From: Eledone cirrhosa
Lineage: Eukaryota
Assembly (NCBI GenBank): GCA_964016885.1
Contig: OZ024743.1
Coordinates: 238,948,001 to 239,012,000 of the forward strand
Length of the DNA stretch: 64,000 nucleotides
Direction of reading: 5' to 3'
The translations under genes and the position numbers were made by a program. Positions 42,046-54,900 of this stretch are shown piece after piece (the first letter of the stretch is position 1; the number at the start of each line of letters is the position of its first letter). Under the pieces are notes generated by a model. It made no database searches and was not told where the DNA came from. It was given only the letters and a program-made list of their open reading frames with translations.

Positions 42046-42640
42046 AAATCTGTTGTAAACAAATGACCCGGATTAGAAGCTGTCCCGGTGACCGATGGCC
42101 AGCTGTTTGTTCAACACTCAGTGGTGCTAGCGCGAGAAATAACATTTTTATTTTATTATTAATATTCGGCAAGAGGGTGGTGGATTGGCAGTATCGGTAG
42201 AGGGTCGGACACCATGCTTTGACGCATAAAGTTATGCCCCTTTATGATCTGAGTTCAAATCCCGCCGAGGTTAACTTTGCCTTTCATCCTTACGGGGTCG
42301 ATAATATAAAGTACCAGTCACGCACTGGGCTCGATTTAATCGACTTTCCCCTCCCCCAAAATTGCTGTCCTTGTGCCTATATAAGAAATCGTTATTAATA
42401 TTCGGCAAAGCCAGCCGCAACTCGCTCGATATGCAGATGGGGCTACTCAGCTGATGTATACTTAAGAAAATACTATATATTTTCAACCATTCAACACATT
42501 GGGAGAGAGGTATGCAATCCAGATGAAGGGCAATCACCCAGAAACATGTTGATTGTTCCTCAAAGCCAGTGTTGAACAAGGAGGCGACGATCGGTCACCG
42601 GTACAGATTCTAATCTGGCTAGTTTGTTTACAAACGAATT
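42046..42640. mobile_element. MITE-like element with ~73-bp imperfect terminal inverted repeats
   Basis: 42046-42118 vs reverse complement of 42568-42640. Confidence 0.6.
42173..42391 (+). mobile_element. Full-length SINE (long variant) with 17-bp TSD
   Basis: ttattaatattcggcaa at 42156-42172 and 42392-42408. Confidence 0.93.
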
Positions 42641-42725
42641 GAACATTATTATTAATGTTCGATATAACCCATACGTACATATGTATAAGCATATATGTGT
42701 GTGTATACATATATATATATATATA

Positions 42726-43348
42726 AAGTAATGTAAGAATATTTTCGAAACAGCGAGTGGGTTTGAAATTATTAGAAATGTAAGCTATCGCCGTACTTTG
42801 ACTGAAGAAATTAAATAAATTATTTAGCCTGACAGTGGGGTTAAGAACCCTCGGAGAAATGGAAAAAGATGAGTATTGACGTCCATGGGAGTCGAACCCA
42901 CATCTTTGGTTATCCGGACCACTGTGCTACCATTTACACCAACACATCACCCGTCTTTTTCCATTCAAATTAGAAGCTATAAACATAGCGACTGTAATGT
43001 CAAGTAAAGTAAGAATATTTTCGAAACAGCGAGTGGGTTTGAAATTATTAATTATTAACCCACTAATTTTGAAATTAATAATTTCAAACCCACTCGCTGT
43101 TTCGAAAATATTCTTACTTTACTTGACATTACAGTCGCTAAGTTTATAGTTTCTAATTTGAATGGAAAAAGGTGGGTGATGTGTTGGTGTAAATGGTAGC
43201 ACAGTGGTCCGGATAACCAAAGATGTGGGTTCGACTCTCATGTACGTCAATACTCATCCTTTTCCATTTCTCCGAGGGTTCTTAACCCCACTCTCAGGCT
43301 AAATAATTTCTTTAATTTCTTTAGTCAAAATACGGCGATAGCTTACAT
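42726..43348. mobile_element. Foldback element of ~277-bp units, each with a tRNA-like cloverleaf, between (TA)n tracts
   Basis: Arms 42778-43052 / 43073-43348; 42726-42774 directly repeated at 43002-43050. Confidence 0.9.
43178..43249 (+). ncRNA. tRNA-like cloverleaf (minus copy 42877-42948); not a translational tRNA
   Basis: gatgtgt/gtacgtc acceptor, gtgt/gcac D stem, tggt-ccggata-acca, T arm gtggg-ttcgact-cccat (left-arm version). Confidence 0.8.
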
Positions 43349-43540
43349 ATATATATATATATATAGTAACTAATAAGCTCTGTAACCTACACAGAGCACT
43401 CTTTTTTCCTGTACCCTTCCGACGGAATTACTTCATTTATATATATATACAGATATGCATATATGTCTGTATATGCATACTTACTCTTATGTTATCAGCT
43501 GTGCTAGAGCGAGAAAATTCTTATTTAATATATATATATA

Positions 43541-43762
43541 TAACAAAGAGGGTGTGGTAAGATACCAGGTGGACCATAACGCACCAGAGTACTCAAAATG
43601 TAGGGTAATAGAGTGGGCAATATGAAAAGAATCAGGACCCCGACGGCTGAGCTCCGGCTGTTTCGACAGCGAGATCCGAGACGACAGCTAGATGTAGCAG
43701 TCTTTTCGGATCTAGCTGTCGAAACGGCCGGAGCTCAGCCGTCGGGGTCCTGGCTCTTTTCA
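43541..43762. mobile_element. Pseudo-LTR foldback with nearly complete hammerhead (43680-43750, plus)
   Basis: ..GACGA cagctagat...atctagctg tc GAAA cggc cggagctca gccg TC ggggtc; inverted copy 43541-43679. Confidence 0.75.
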
Positions 43763-43798
43763 TACACACACACGCACACAAACACACACACAAACACA

Positions 43799-43865
<67 letters not shown>

Positions 43866-45185
43866 ACATAAATATATATATGTATGTATGTGTGTGTGTG
43901 TGTGTATTGACATATATGCTTCCATACATGTATAAATCGACATTTATATATGTGTTTATATCTATATGTATTTATGAAATATATAAACAAAGCAACAAGT
44001 AAACCTTTATATAAGGTTGAGTCATAGTTGTTGGGTAGTAGATGTGTAAGGGAAAGGGGGCTGTAATATCAATTAGTAACGAGTAATAAAGGGGAAGTAT
44101 GGTGTGGTGCACATAAAACGTAAAAGATTTGCAAGATGGATGAAAAACAAAAACGAAACAAACGAAACGAAACATGATTATGTTTACATTATGACGTGGC
44201 CTCATCAATCATAGACTTTCCATTGGAGAAGCGTATCATAGAACGCTCATGGTATTTCTTTTATATTATTGCTGTAGATATCAGATCTCTCTTTTTGTAA
44301 ATAAAATTACCTAGCTTGATTTCATATATCCGAAATTTTGAAGAGGCATGCTAAGACTAGCTGAAAGAGAACTAATCAACATAGTAGGAACACGTTTGAT
44401 CCTTGAATAATGTGCATCATTTCATCTTGTCTTTGCCTATTCAGCTGAAAAAGAATCCCTAGCAGTATTACGGGGTTAACGTTGCGACAAACTGGCCTAT
44501 CCTTCATATGATTGGATAAGGTTTAGGTGATTGTGTTGATTAGCGAATCATGAGACTACGGCCAGATGTTACGAGACAAACTTTAAGTTATATATATATA
44601 ATAAACTTTAAGTAATATATAAATTGTATTTTCTATTGTCTTCGTCTTTTGCACCCCTTACTTTGACTATATATATATATATATATATATACAGATTATG
44701 TGAATGACATATAATCTATATATTACGTTTCCTGGATTGTGAAAATGGTGGTGTATACAAAAACCATATCATTATTTTGCTTCTCATTTTTAATACTTCT
44801 CTGCACACAAGCTTCTTTATCATACATAAAAAATACTTTACCAGTACAACCCCCATAATACTCTTGATTACCCGCTTAAAGTGCTTGTATTGCATATAAC
44901 ACCTTGCCGCACATTAATCATATATAAATAAGACACACGTGCATGCCCCACGTGTAACTATTGCATACACTAACTACTTCAAACTTCGTAAACTGCCGGT
45001 GTTGTATTTTAACTTTAATTTTGTTTTAATTTTCCTTTTAATATGATTTTAATTTTTGAATATAAATTGCCATGCTAAAATATTATAATGGATGTCACCC
45101 CACTGTGCATCGATATATACATATGTTTCTGGATGTCTCTTGTGTTGGAAAGGAGGTCATGTATGTAAACAATCATTGAAAAATT

Positions 45186-45230
45186 GCTCCGAAGACTCCA
45201 AACCTCGGTTTGGACGAAATAATTGTAAGC
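45186..45230 (+). ncRNA. Hammerhead variant with U4C core in pseudo-LTR (~44870-45440)
   Basis: gct CCGAAGA c tccaaacc tc ggtttgga c GAAA t aatt g TA agc; downstream 45275-45365 matches reverse complement of 6275-6365. Confidence 0.65.
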
Positions 45231-46188
45231 TAATAAATGGTTTGAACAGAACTTTGAGTCATGTGATTTCTATATAACTGCTCTGTAGAACAACTGATGT
45301 TATTACATTGAGCTATTTATCTTACTGGTAATAAGGTAGTAATAAATTACTGTCTTTCACTGTTTAGGGTTTAAAATATATATATCTATAAAAAGTTTTA
45401 TCATATACATAACCATAAATAGTATCCTTAATACTATATATATATACATACACATTCACATACACACACATATATATGTATATATATATATATATATACA
45501 TATATATAGATATATATATATATAGAGAGAGAGGGGGGGGGGTGAATCAACTCAACGCAAGTATAGCTGGCGAAACAATAAAATACCGTCAATAACAGTA
45601 TTGGGTAAAATCTTACCTGAGAGGTCCAGAATAAACGGCTAGAAGTGTGTTGGTCTGGAGAAGTGATGGGTAAAGTGGCGAATTAGGAGCACCATTAGAT
45701 CATACGTTGGAATGCTTTGTGGCTTTATCTTGGATCACCCCGCTCGTAGTTGTCAACGTTATCTTCCATCATCAAAAGCGCAGCCATGTCATATTGTGTC
45801 AGGCTGATTTTACCTAAGTATATCGTTATGGGGACATGCGTCTTTGTAGAACACAAAGCCGTTTACGCGTTACTTCCACGTGTAAGAATTCAGTTGTTTG
45901 AGCAACGGGATGCCCCTGTTCGAGTTGTTGAAGAACTCACTAAATACGCCATAAATTTTTGTGTCACAGAATCAGCAGTGAGATAGAAAAAGCATTGAAG
46001 TATTCATGTATTTCCTTTTAAATTCGAGAGGTGAAATACTGTCATGCTAAACACACCCACGAAATGCTGTCAAGTTAAACACACACACACACTCACAGAG
46101 TAATAATGTATATCTATATATGAATATACATATATTTATATATATTGTACATTTATATATATGTCCACATACATACATATACATACAT

Positions 46189-46273
<85 letters not shown>

Positions 46274-46361
46274 AATTGGCAGAGTCGTTAAGACGTTAGA
46301 TAGAATGCTTCACGGTGTTCGTCCCACCTCATTGCGCACCCTGAGTTCAAATCTATGTCAT

Positions 46362-46910
46362 TTACTTCTTTTCGGCGAAAGAAGGGAGAGAAGCTGACAG
46401 TCTGTTTCATTCTGGTTGGTGTTCATCAGAGCCATGTACCCCGCTGCTTCCGACGAAAATTATAGAAGCTGGATTCTTATAGATTTCCAGTAATAATCAG
46501 GAGCTGAGTGACATAGTAACTACTTTAAAACTGATAGCGCATGGTCTTTTAAATGTTTTTAATTAAACATACGTATATTGCTAAATATACTATACATACA
46601 TTCGTGTATACATCGCAATTTCAGAGCACCAATCCTAATACCTAATTTTTGCTGGACCGGCAATCGCTCTGTATATTCAGCTCCTGATTATTACTGGAAT
46701 TCTATAAGAATCCAGCTTCTATAATTTTCGGCGGAAGCAGGGGTGTACGTGAGTCTGATGAACGCCAACCAGCGTGAAACAGACCGTCAGCTTCTCTCCC
46801 TTCTTTCGCCGAAAAGAAGTAAGTCACTACTTTAAAACTGATAACCTATGGTTTTCTAAATGTTTATAATTAAACATACGGTATATTGGCAAATATACTA
46901 TACGTACATA
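46362..46910. mobile_element. Pseudo-LTR foldback (46362-46508 / 46676-46822) with ~85-bp direct duplication; hammerheads at 46392-46433 (-) and 46751-46792 (+)
   Basis: CTGATGA acgc caacca gcgt GAAA cagac(c/t)g TC agct. Confidence 0.8.
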
Positions 46911-47655
46911 AATATATAAATATATAAGGGATAACAAAATATCGTTATAGGTAATCCAGTTAGAGATTGTGAATACATCTTATTATGGATAGTTTTAGCG
47001 TACGGCGTTGTTTATATATCTCTATCTTTCACTTTCTATCTTTCTATTTCTCTCCCTAAATTTATTTCATCTCTGGCATTTTATCTTATTTTATCTTATA
47101 TCATTTTCACTTCTAAAATAACTTACTACTAATTAATCAAATAATTAATTATATAATTAATTTATTAAAATAACCAATACACACATGAATATATTTCACA
47201 TTATCATGTTCTACCTTCGTATCTTTCTATATATAATAACCACTTTCAATAATCTTAATATGTTTAAAATTCTTCGCACATTTTTACTTATTTATTTTCA
47301 TATTATATATTATTTTGTATCATCCTCGATGTAACTTGTTTATTTATTTACATTTATTCATGTATTAACATTTATTCATTTATTGTTGATATCATTATTT
47401 TCCCTCTATTTTTCTTTTTCTCTACCTTTATTTCTCCTTTATCCTTTTCTCTCCTCTTTCTCTCCACCTTTATCTATGTCTTTTCTTTTCTCTCTATATC
47501 TTTCTCTGTTTTCTTTTCTCCTTTTTCTTTTTCTTTTTCTTTTTCCTTTTTCTTTCTTTCTTTTATCTAGCCGTCTTTCTTTTTTCGTCTCTCTATCTTT
47601 ATTATTAATATTATTAATGATGCTGTAATTTGGATTTGTAAATTTACCGGATAGT

Positions 47656-47763
47656 TGTCTCTGATGATCTGATTAGGCTAACATCGTATTTGAAATTGAG
47701 TGGCACTGCTTCTAGTTTTCAGCAATTTTTAGACAACTTAATCAGCGAAACAATTGTTAGACA
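47656..47763 (+). ncRNA. Type I hammerhead with long stem II
   Basis: tgtct CTGATGA t ctgatta...taatcag c GAAA c aatt g TT agaca, ~55 bp upstream of (TA)n. Confidence 0.8.
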
Positions 47764-47816
47764 GTAAATAAATCCCCTTTTTTTGTACTATTGACCATGT
47801 TATTCTTCACCTTTTC

Positions 47817-47857
<41 letters not shown>

Positions 47858-48579
47858 ATTGGAAAAGTTAAACATTTTTCATCTTGATGTTATAGTCACT
47901 TATATGTCTGAATTATTGTCGGCTTTTTGCTTACATTAATTTCTCTATTTTCATTTATATATTTAAACTCGGAGCTTTCCTTGAGTGCTTACTAATATTT
48001 GTGACTAATCCCAGTTGTTTTATTTAAAAAAAAAACTGCGATAATATTGCTTTATGCCGAACTCTATATTTTTGTTGAGTCTTTTTCGGAATATTTTGAA
48101 TGCTGTTTCTTATAAACAGATTTTCGTTTCATCCCGGCATCACTAGCCTGTGTCCACCTGTGTTTTGTTATTTCAATTCAACACGCTGTTCGCTTGCCTG
48201 CTTTTAAATTACCTTCTGGCATCTTAGCAGTGACATTTTGTTAACGAGTTGAGCACTACTGATGAACGATACCAAACGTGACTAACCCCATTGAAAAGTT
48301 TCATGAAATAGTCTTTTAAGACTATATAGTGCATTTGTAGATTTCCCCAAATTGACGGTTAAGTATTTCTTCTTGATTTTATTTTGAGTTAAGATTGTAT
48401 TGGTTTTTTCCCCAACTTACAGCAAGTCTGAGGATAACATTTTTCTTCTTTTCTTGTTTTGAATTAAGATTGAATTATTTATCCCATATCTTACGTTAAA
48501 AATGTTTCATCTTGATGTTATAGTCACTTATATGTCTGAATTATTGTTGGCTTTTTGCTTACATTAATTTCTCTATTTT

Positions 48580-48614
48580 GGGTAATTGCTGGCCTTGTGC
48601 CTAACGTAGAAACA
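48580..48614 (+). mobile_element. 35-bp 5'-truncated SINE tail with 17-bp TSD
   Basis: attaatttctctatttt at 48563-48579 and 48615-48631; empty paralogous site at ~47935-47951. Confidence 0.9.
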
Positions 48615-48632
48615 ATTAATTTCTCTATTTTC

Positions 48633-48694
<62 letters not shown>

Positions 48695-49317
48695 AACATT
48701 TTCTTAAGATAAAACTGATCCGCTATCACCATTCTTTTACACTAGTTTTGTTTAGCTGCATATAGGATTTGGCTGTTGAAAGCTCTAGAAAAACTGAAAA
48801 AAAAAAATAACTCTTTACTTTATAAAAATCATACAATTTACGAAGGGATGCTAACATAACTTAAACGTATACTTGGGGACATTGCAACTCTTGATGGGGA
48901 GTTTTATATACAGCCAGTCTATAATAACTTTAAGTTATCCCCACGACACGAAATATATTGTAATTATTGCGAAGTCAACAAACCCTTTCTAGCTGTCAAT
49001 ATGAAATATAATAAATTTGTTTTTGTTTTTCCCCCGAAGGAAGAGCATGCATTATACACTGAGGCCTTTGCAGTTAAAGTGTATGGCTTCTTTTTTCTTT
49101 TGCAGATGGCAATATTTTCATTGTCAATCACGAAATACGACAACTACAATTGTTCAATTGGTTTATTGAGTTATCGTAAAATGTAGGTTAACTGCAAAAT
49201 GAAACCTGCGAAATTTGTAAACAAAGAAATAATAGAAATCTTTATTTTTTACAGGTTAACGTGTCATTTTTAACGAGGCGGGTAATCAGCTTACATATAT
49301 ACACATACACTCATGTA

Positions 49318-49425
<108 letters not shown>

Positions 49426-49999
49426 CCGAAGAGATTGTTTTAAACAATAATTTAGCATTCGTTGTATAGCGGCCTAATTTTGTTATGAGAAAACTCTCAG
49501 TTGTCCAAGTAAACTGTAATGTTTGTGGTGAGAGAATCACAATTTAAATATGTTGCTGCTTTAAAGATTTTTAATCAGCAAAACTAATAACTACTATTTT
49601 AGTGATTCTATTCTTTTTTGTTGTTGCACTTAATTTTTGGGGGTTTGTTTTGTATATTTTTCGGCTTCTATTTTCCGTTCTGTGATTAATTTTGAAACAT
49701 AACACTGTTTCCTATTTGTTTATTTTTGTTTGTTTTCTTTACTCTTTGGGATTCTTTTTCTTTAGAATTTATTGCTAATTAAAACAAAAGTGTCTGCTTT
49801 AAGCGGACTATAAAGCGTCAATATGAGGTGCTAAAGTCGGAAAAGAAGGAAAGGGGCATATTTTCAACAGGGGAGCTAAATCAGCAGCAGAGATGACGAA
49901 TAATTAACAAAAACAAAACAAATCTTAATTATGTGTGTTTATCTCCTTATTCTTCCTTTCTACTGCTCTTTCCTCCTTCCTTTGTTTTTCATTCCTACT

Positions 50000-50213
<214 letters not shown>

Positions 50214-50259
50214 TCTCGCCCTTTCCTCAATCTGTCTTATATATATAAACTAGCTAGAT

Positions 50260-51540
50260 TTAATAATTCCAAGATCTTACAGACGCACCCTTTCCCCTCC
50301 ATTCATCTCTCTCCGCCTCAGCTCACCACTCTGAAAGAACTTCATTTAAAACATTTAATATACATCCCTTCAGACAAAAGGAGAAAATTCTTCGTCATTG
50401 ACCAGAATATTTACACACAATTAGCGCTATAATACTTCAAAAGCACAACCTTATATACGAACAACATCATCGCTTCTACCGACCGCGAACTGCTCTTTAT
50501 CGTCATGTGCAACACCTTTTTTCAGTTTGAGGGCTACGTATACAAACAAATCTCAGGATTTCCGATGGGGTCGAGTCTCTCAAGCCGGCTAGCCATCACT
50601 TACATGGACCATTTGGAACGCACAGCACTCACCACCTGCTGCTCTTGCTCCTTCTTCTCCAGGTATGTGATGATATATTTATGTTCACTTCGTGATGCAA
50701 AGAAGTCATCAAGATCTACAATATCTTGTAAAACATAGACGCACACATAACATTTGAGGTTGAACATCCAGAACCCACCGGGTCCCTCTCTCTACTCAAC
50801 TTTACACTAACAGTCACTGAGTAGGTATACATATACACCAAATTATACAAGAAGGATACCTGCAGAGACATTTTCGTTCACCACGATTCCACCCTCCCGT
50901 ACAGAGCCGAAATGACCTATATGCAGAATGAGATCTCCTGGATACGCAACAGATGCAGCGAAGGTAGCGACAAACATACACCGTGGAATTCCGAAGAGTT
51001 CTCACCGAAATCGGCGACCCTGCTTCTCCCACCAAATGCCAAGACAACAGCACAAAAAAGAACAAGGAGGACACGTGCCCCTACGGATAACATTTGCTAG
51101 TTAAAGCTACTACAGTTCAATAAGATGACAGCTGCCATAAGACAGGCCATTCGTAGTGGGGGAACTGAATATACGGCTGGCAAATTCAGGACCCTCTTTG
51201 AAGAGACTTCTCCACAGACACCAACCCACATACAGCGATATAGGCACACTTCCTAACTGTCCCATCAACAATGCAGAAGTGTGTATGAGAGTATAAGTGG
51301 TCAATACGATCACGTGCACAAAATGTAGCTCCTCATCGAAGGAACACGTGACGAGAGCCTCTTCTGTCAAAAACATCTTGACAGTTGACATAACCAAGAT
51401 ATTGAGGTTAGCATAGAAGCGAGTGAAAGGAATACGAGAAATTTGAGAATTAAAGAAGCTATTTTATATAAATGATAGGTCAGAAAAGCATAGAGGCGGG
51501 ATCCATACGAACCAAACATTTTCCAATCAGTTACAGTTAC
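50260..51540 (+). pseudogene. Degenerate PLE RT plus GIY-YIG remnant
   Basis: NTFFQFEG.VYKQISGFPMGSSLS..LA..YMDHLE...RYV(D)D; FEVEHP...SLSLL.F; CPI...C...V..ITC..C; LRIKEAIL. Confidence 0.85.
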
Positions 51541-51684
51541 ATATAGTTCGTGTGTTTCATCTGAAAAGGGGGAAATATCACGCATTGTACCGGCATTTAA
51601 AAAACGTATCGGTCATTTACTAGTCACACATACAGACAGACACATATATATGAGTAATTTAGTATAAGTTATACGTTAATATTA

Positions 51685-51903
51685 CGTATAGCCCTGCCAC
51701 CTTCTACTCAATGGAATTTATATATCGACAGTCGATCGACAAGATCCCAGATCTCGCCAAATAGGACCGAGGTTTTTCCAATTCATTATACTATCCACCG
51801 GTCGCAAATCGAGGCAGAGGGAGCAAATCGCCCGGTCAGGAATCGAACTCACAATCTTACGATTGCGAATACAATTCTCTAACCACTCAGCCACGCGCCT
51901 TCA
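51685..51903 (-). mobile_element. tRNA-headed SINE-like element of a different family
   Basis: ggcgcgtggctgagtggttaga (box A) ... gtgagttcgattcct (box B). Confidence 0.7.
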
Positions 51904-51946
51904 CCAATTTAGATATCTATCCATCTATCCATCTATCTATCTATCT

Positions 51947-54900
51947 TTAAAAAACAATTTTAAAGAGGACATGGGTCCCCCCTGCGTCGGGCCCATTAAC
52001 CGCGTCCTCCTAAAAAACTATCCCACCCCCTCCCCAAACACCCACACAACTCCAAGCTCCCCAACCACACAACACACTGATGCCCCCACACTTCCACAAA
52101 CCACCACCCCACCCAACAACCCATCCCCCACCCTAATGGAAATTGTGCAGCCCGATACCCGGGACGCAGAGAGGTAAGTGCCTTTTCTCTTCACCACCAA
52201 CATGGCTATGCTAAGAGTAGGCTGTTTAAATGCGCGTGGCCTGGGCTCAACTTGGAAGCAAGCAATGCTTCTAAATGACCTCAGGTCACAACGTATAGAT
52301 GTGATGGTTATTTGCGAGGCCCGGATCAGCAACGTGCGACAGCTGGCCCCCACCTTTGATGACTTTGAGATGCACGCATCTCTCTGTCAGCCCGGAGGTG
52401 GGGGTGGAGTTGTCGTTCTGCTGCAAAAACATCTGGGTCTCGCAACACAGATGGTACATTTGGACCCGGAGGGTCGACTAGTGGTTCTGGACCTTGGCAG
52501 TGGTAAAGGCGGAGCGTTTAGGTTGGTAGCCGCCTACGGCCCTTTCGGGTCAATGCGGCCGGACTTCTTCCATCGTCTGGAGACTTTTCTAGGGACGTCC
52601 CGCTCCTTGCTATTAGTGGGGGACTGGAATGGTATCCTAGATGCACGCTGGGACTACGTAGGGGCCTGCCCCGATAGAGAGGGGTGTAATAGCCTCAAAG
52701 GGTTAATCGGTCGATTTGACCTGGCCGATAGATATCGACTAGATTTTCCGACTGCGCCAACCTGGACTTGGGCAAATCGTAGCGGATCATCTAGGTCGTA
52801 CCTAGATAGGTTCTTAGTTAGAATTAAGGATAAGGACTTTTTAAGTTGTCCAAAAATGCGCATGGTTGGCTATTCACACCACAAATTAGTGACCTGCATG
52901 GTCGACCTTGACAGAACTCATAGTCAGGGCCCCGGTTACTGGAAGCTCAACTTGTCCTTGCCGGCAAGTAGAGCCTACAGGAATCGGATTAGTACGTTAG
53001 TTAAGGAACGGTTGACTGGAGCGATCGTCAACAGCAGGTGGTGGGTATCTCTAAAGAGAGAGATTAGAGTAGTCTCGATAGAATTTAGTAAGGTTCTAGC
53101 TGCGGATAGGAATAGGAAGGAAAGGGAGCTAATAGATAGAGTAGAAGAGGCAATTAGAAGCGGCGACGTGGCCAGAGTGCTAGCGTCGAGAACGGCTTTG
53201 AGCCAGTTTTTCGACGCGAAGCACGAAGGCTGCGTTGTCCGAAGTAAAATACGTGCTCTAGGGAACGAGGGGACCAAAGCTGTTAGCTGGGCCCGCGTGA
53301 CAGAGGCCAAGAGTGGAACTAAATCCACCATCCGGTCTTTGCGAGACCTGGATGGACGGGCGATTCTTGAGCCTAAGCAGATGTGTGAGGCCTTTCAAAG
53401 GCACTTTGCCCGACTGTTCGGGAGGGGCGGGGAGCCGGTTGGGAACGTGGACTTCGGTCCATACCTCGACGGCCTGCCGCGCCTCTCGGACAGGGAGGCG
53501 AAGTCCTGCGAGGAGCCGATTTCGGCCGCTGAGATAGAGGACGTGCTGAGCCAATGCGGCAAACGCAAATCCCCGGGTCTCGATGGTCTTCCTTACGAAT
53601 TATATCTAGCTATGCCGGACTTGTTCCCCGATCTCCTCGAGGCGGTCTACTGCAACTGGCAACAGAACGGGAGAATTCCCTGTACTGTGACCAAGGGCGT
53701 AGTCACGCTAGTGAGGAAGGACGAGAACAAGGGGGACGAAATAAGTAACTTCAGGCCCATAACTCTGCTAAATACAGAGTTACAGATTTTGGCCAAGGTG
53801 CTAGCAAAGAGGTTGGCGCTTGTCGTGGGCAACCTGGTGGGAGATGCGCAGACATGCGCTATCCTGTCCAGGTCCATCCATGACAACCTCCACCTCATGC
53901 GATACATCATAGAGATGGTTGGGAACGAACCCGGCTTTGGTGGGGCTCTGATCAACTTGGATCAATCTAAGGCGTTCGATAGGGTCGACCATGGTTACCT
54001 GGATGCGGTGCTAGCGGCGGCAGGCTTCGGACCCGTTTTCAGGGGCTGGATCACTGCTATGCACAGCAGCCGCATCTGCTCTAGGGTCAAGGTGAACGGC
54101 TACCTCTCGGAGCCGTTCAAAATCGCGCGGTCCATCCGACAAGGGTGCCCTCTCTCCTCCCTTCTGTATGTGTTGACTCTCGAGCCACTACTGCGGAAGT
54201 TGGAGTTGTTGCAGGGCATCCCTTTGGAACCGGGATTGCGGAAAGCGGTGTCGGCCTACGCCGATGACGTGACAGTAATGGTGTCGACGGCTTCCGAAAT
54301 CGAGGCGGTCGGCACCTTACTGGGGGAGTACGAAAAGTTCACAGGGGCTAAGCTGAACCGGGACAAGTCGATCGGTTTGCAACTCGGCACGTGGAGGGGC
54401 AGACCGATGCCCTCCGATGGCGTCGTCGGACGCTGGACGGAGGGCCCGGTGAAGTTGCTCGAGGTCTGGTTCGGACCGGACCTCCAGGTGGAGAAAAACT
54501 GGGCGGAGGTTACGAACAGTGTGTTTGCACTGACCCAGAAGTGGGCCAGTTGCAAACTATCCCTGAAAGGTCGGGCGGAGGTGGCGAACACCTACATAGC
54601 GTCCGTCATCTACTACCGCCTGACCGTAGTGCCCTGCCCAATGGAAACCGTCACCAAGATGGAGCGCGCGCTCTTCCAATTCCTTTGGAAGAGGCGGGCT
54701 CCTATGGTGAGGAGATCCATCTGCTGTCAACACCCTTCGAAAGGAGGGCTGGGGATGCCGTGGCTAATGATGCGTAAACACGCATTAAGGCTACGGCACC
54801 TCTACGTATTCCTCACCGGACAACCGGTGTGGGCCTCGTTTGTGAGACGAACCTTTCCCAGACTCGTCTCACTCACCGAGCTGCAATCCCGGGTCAAGCA

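Noticed and set aside
43178-43249. Functional tRNA-Ser(GGA) gene; likewise tRNA-Ile(GAT) at 10882-10953
   Set aside because: C at position 33, 4-bp anticodon stem, no long variable arm, anticodons rare in eukaryotes, embedded in repeats
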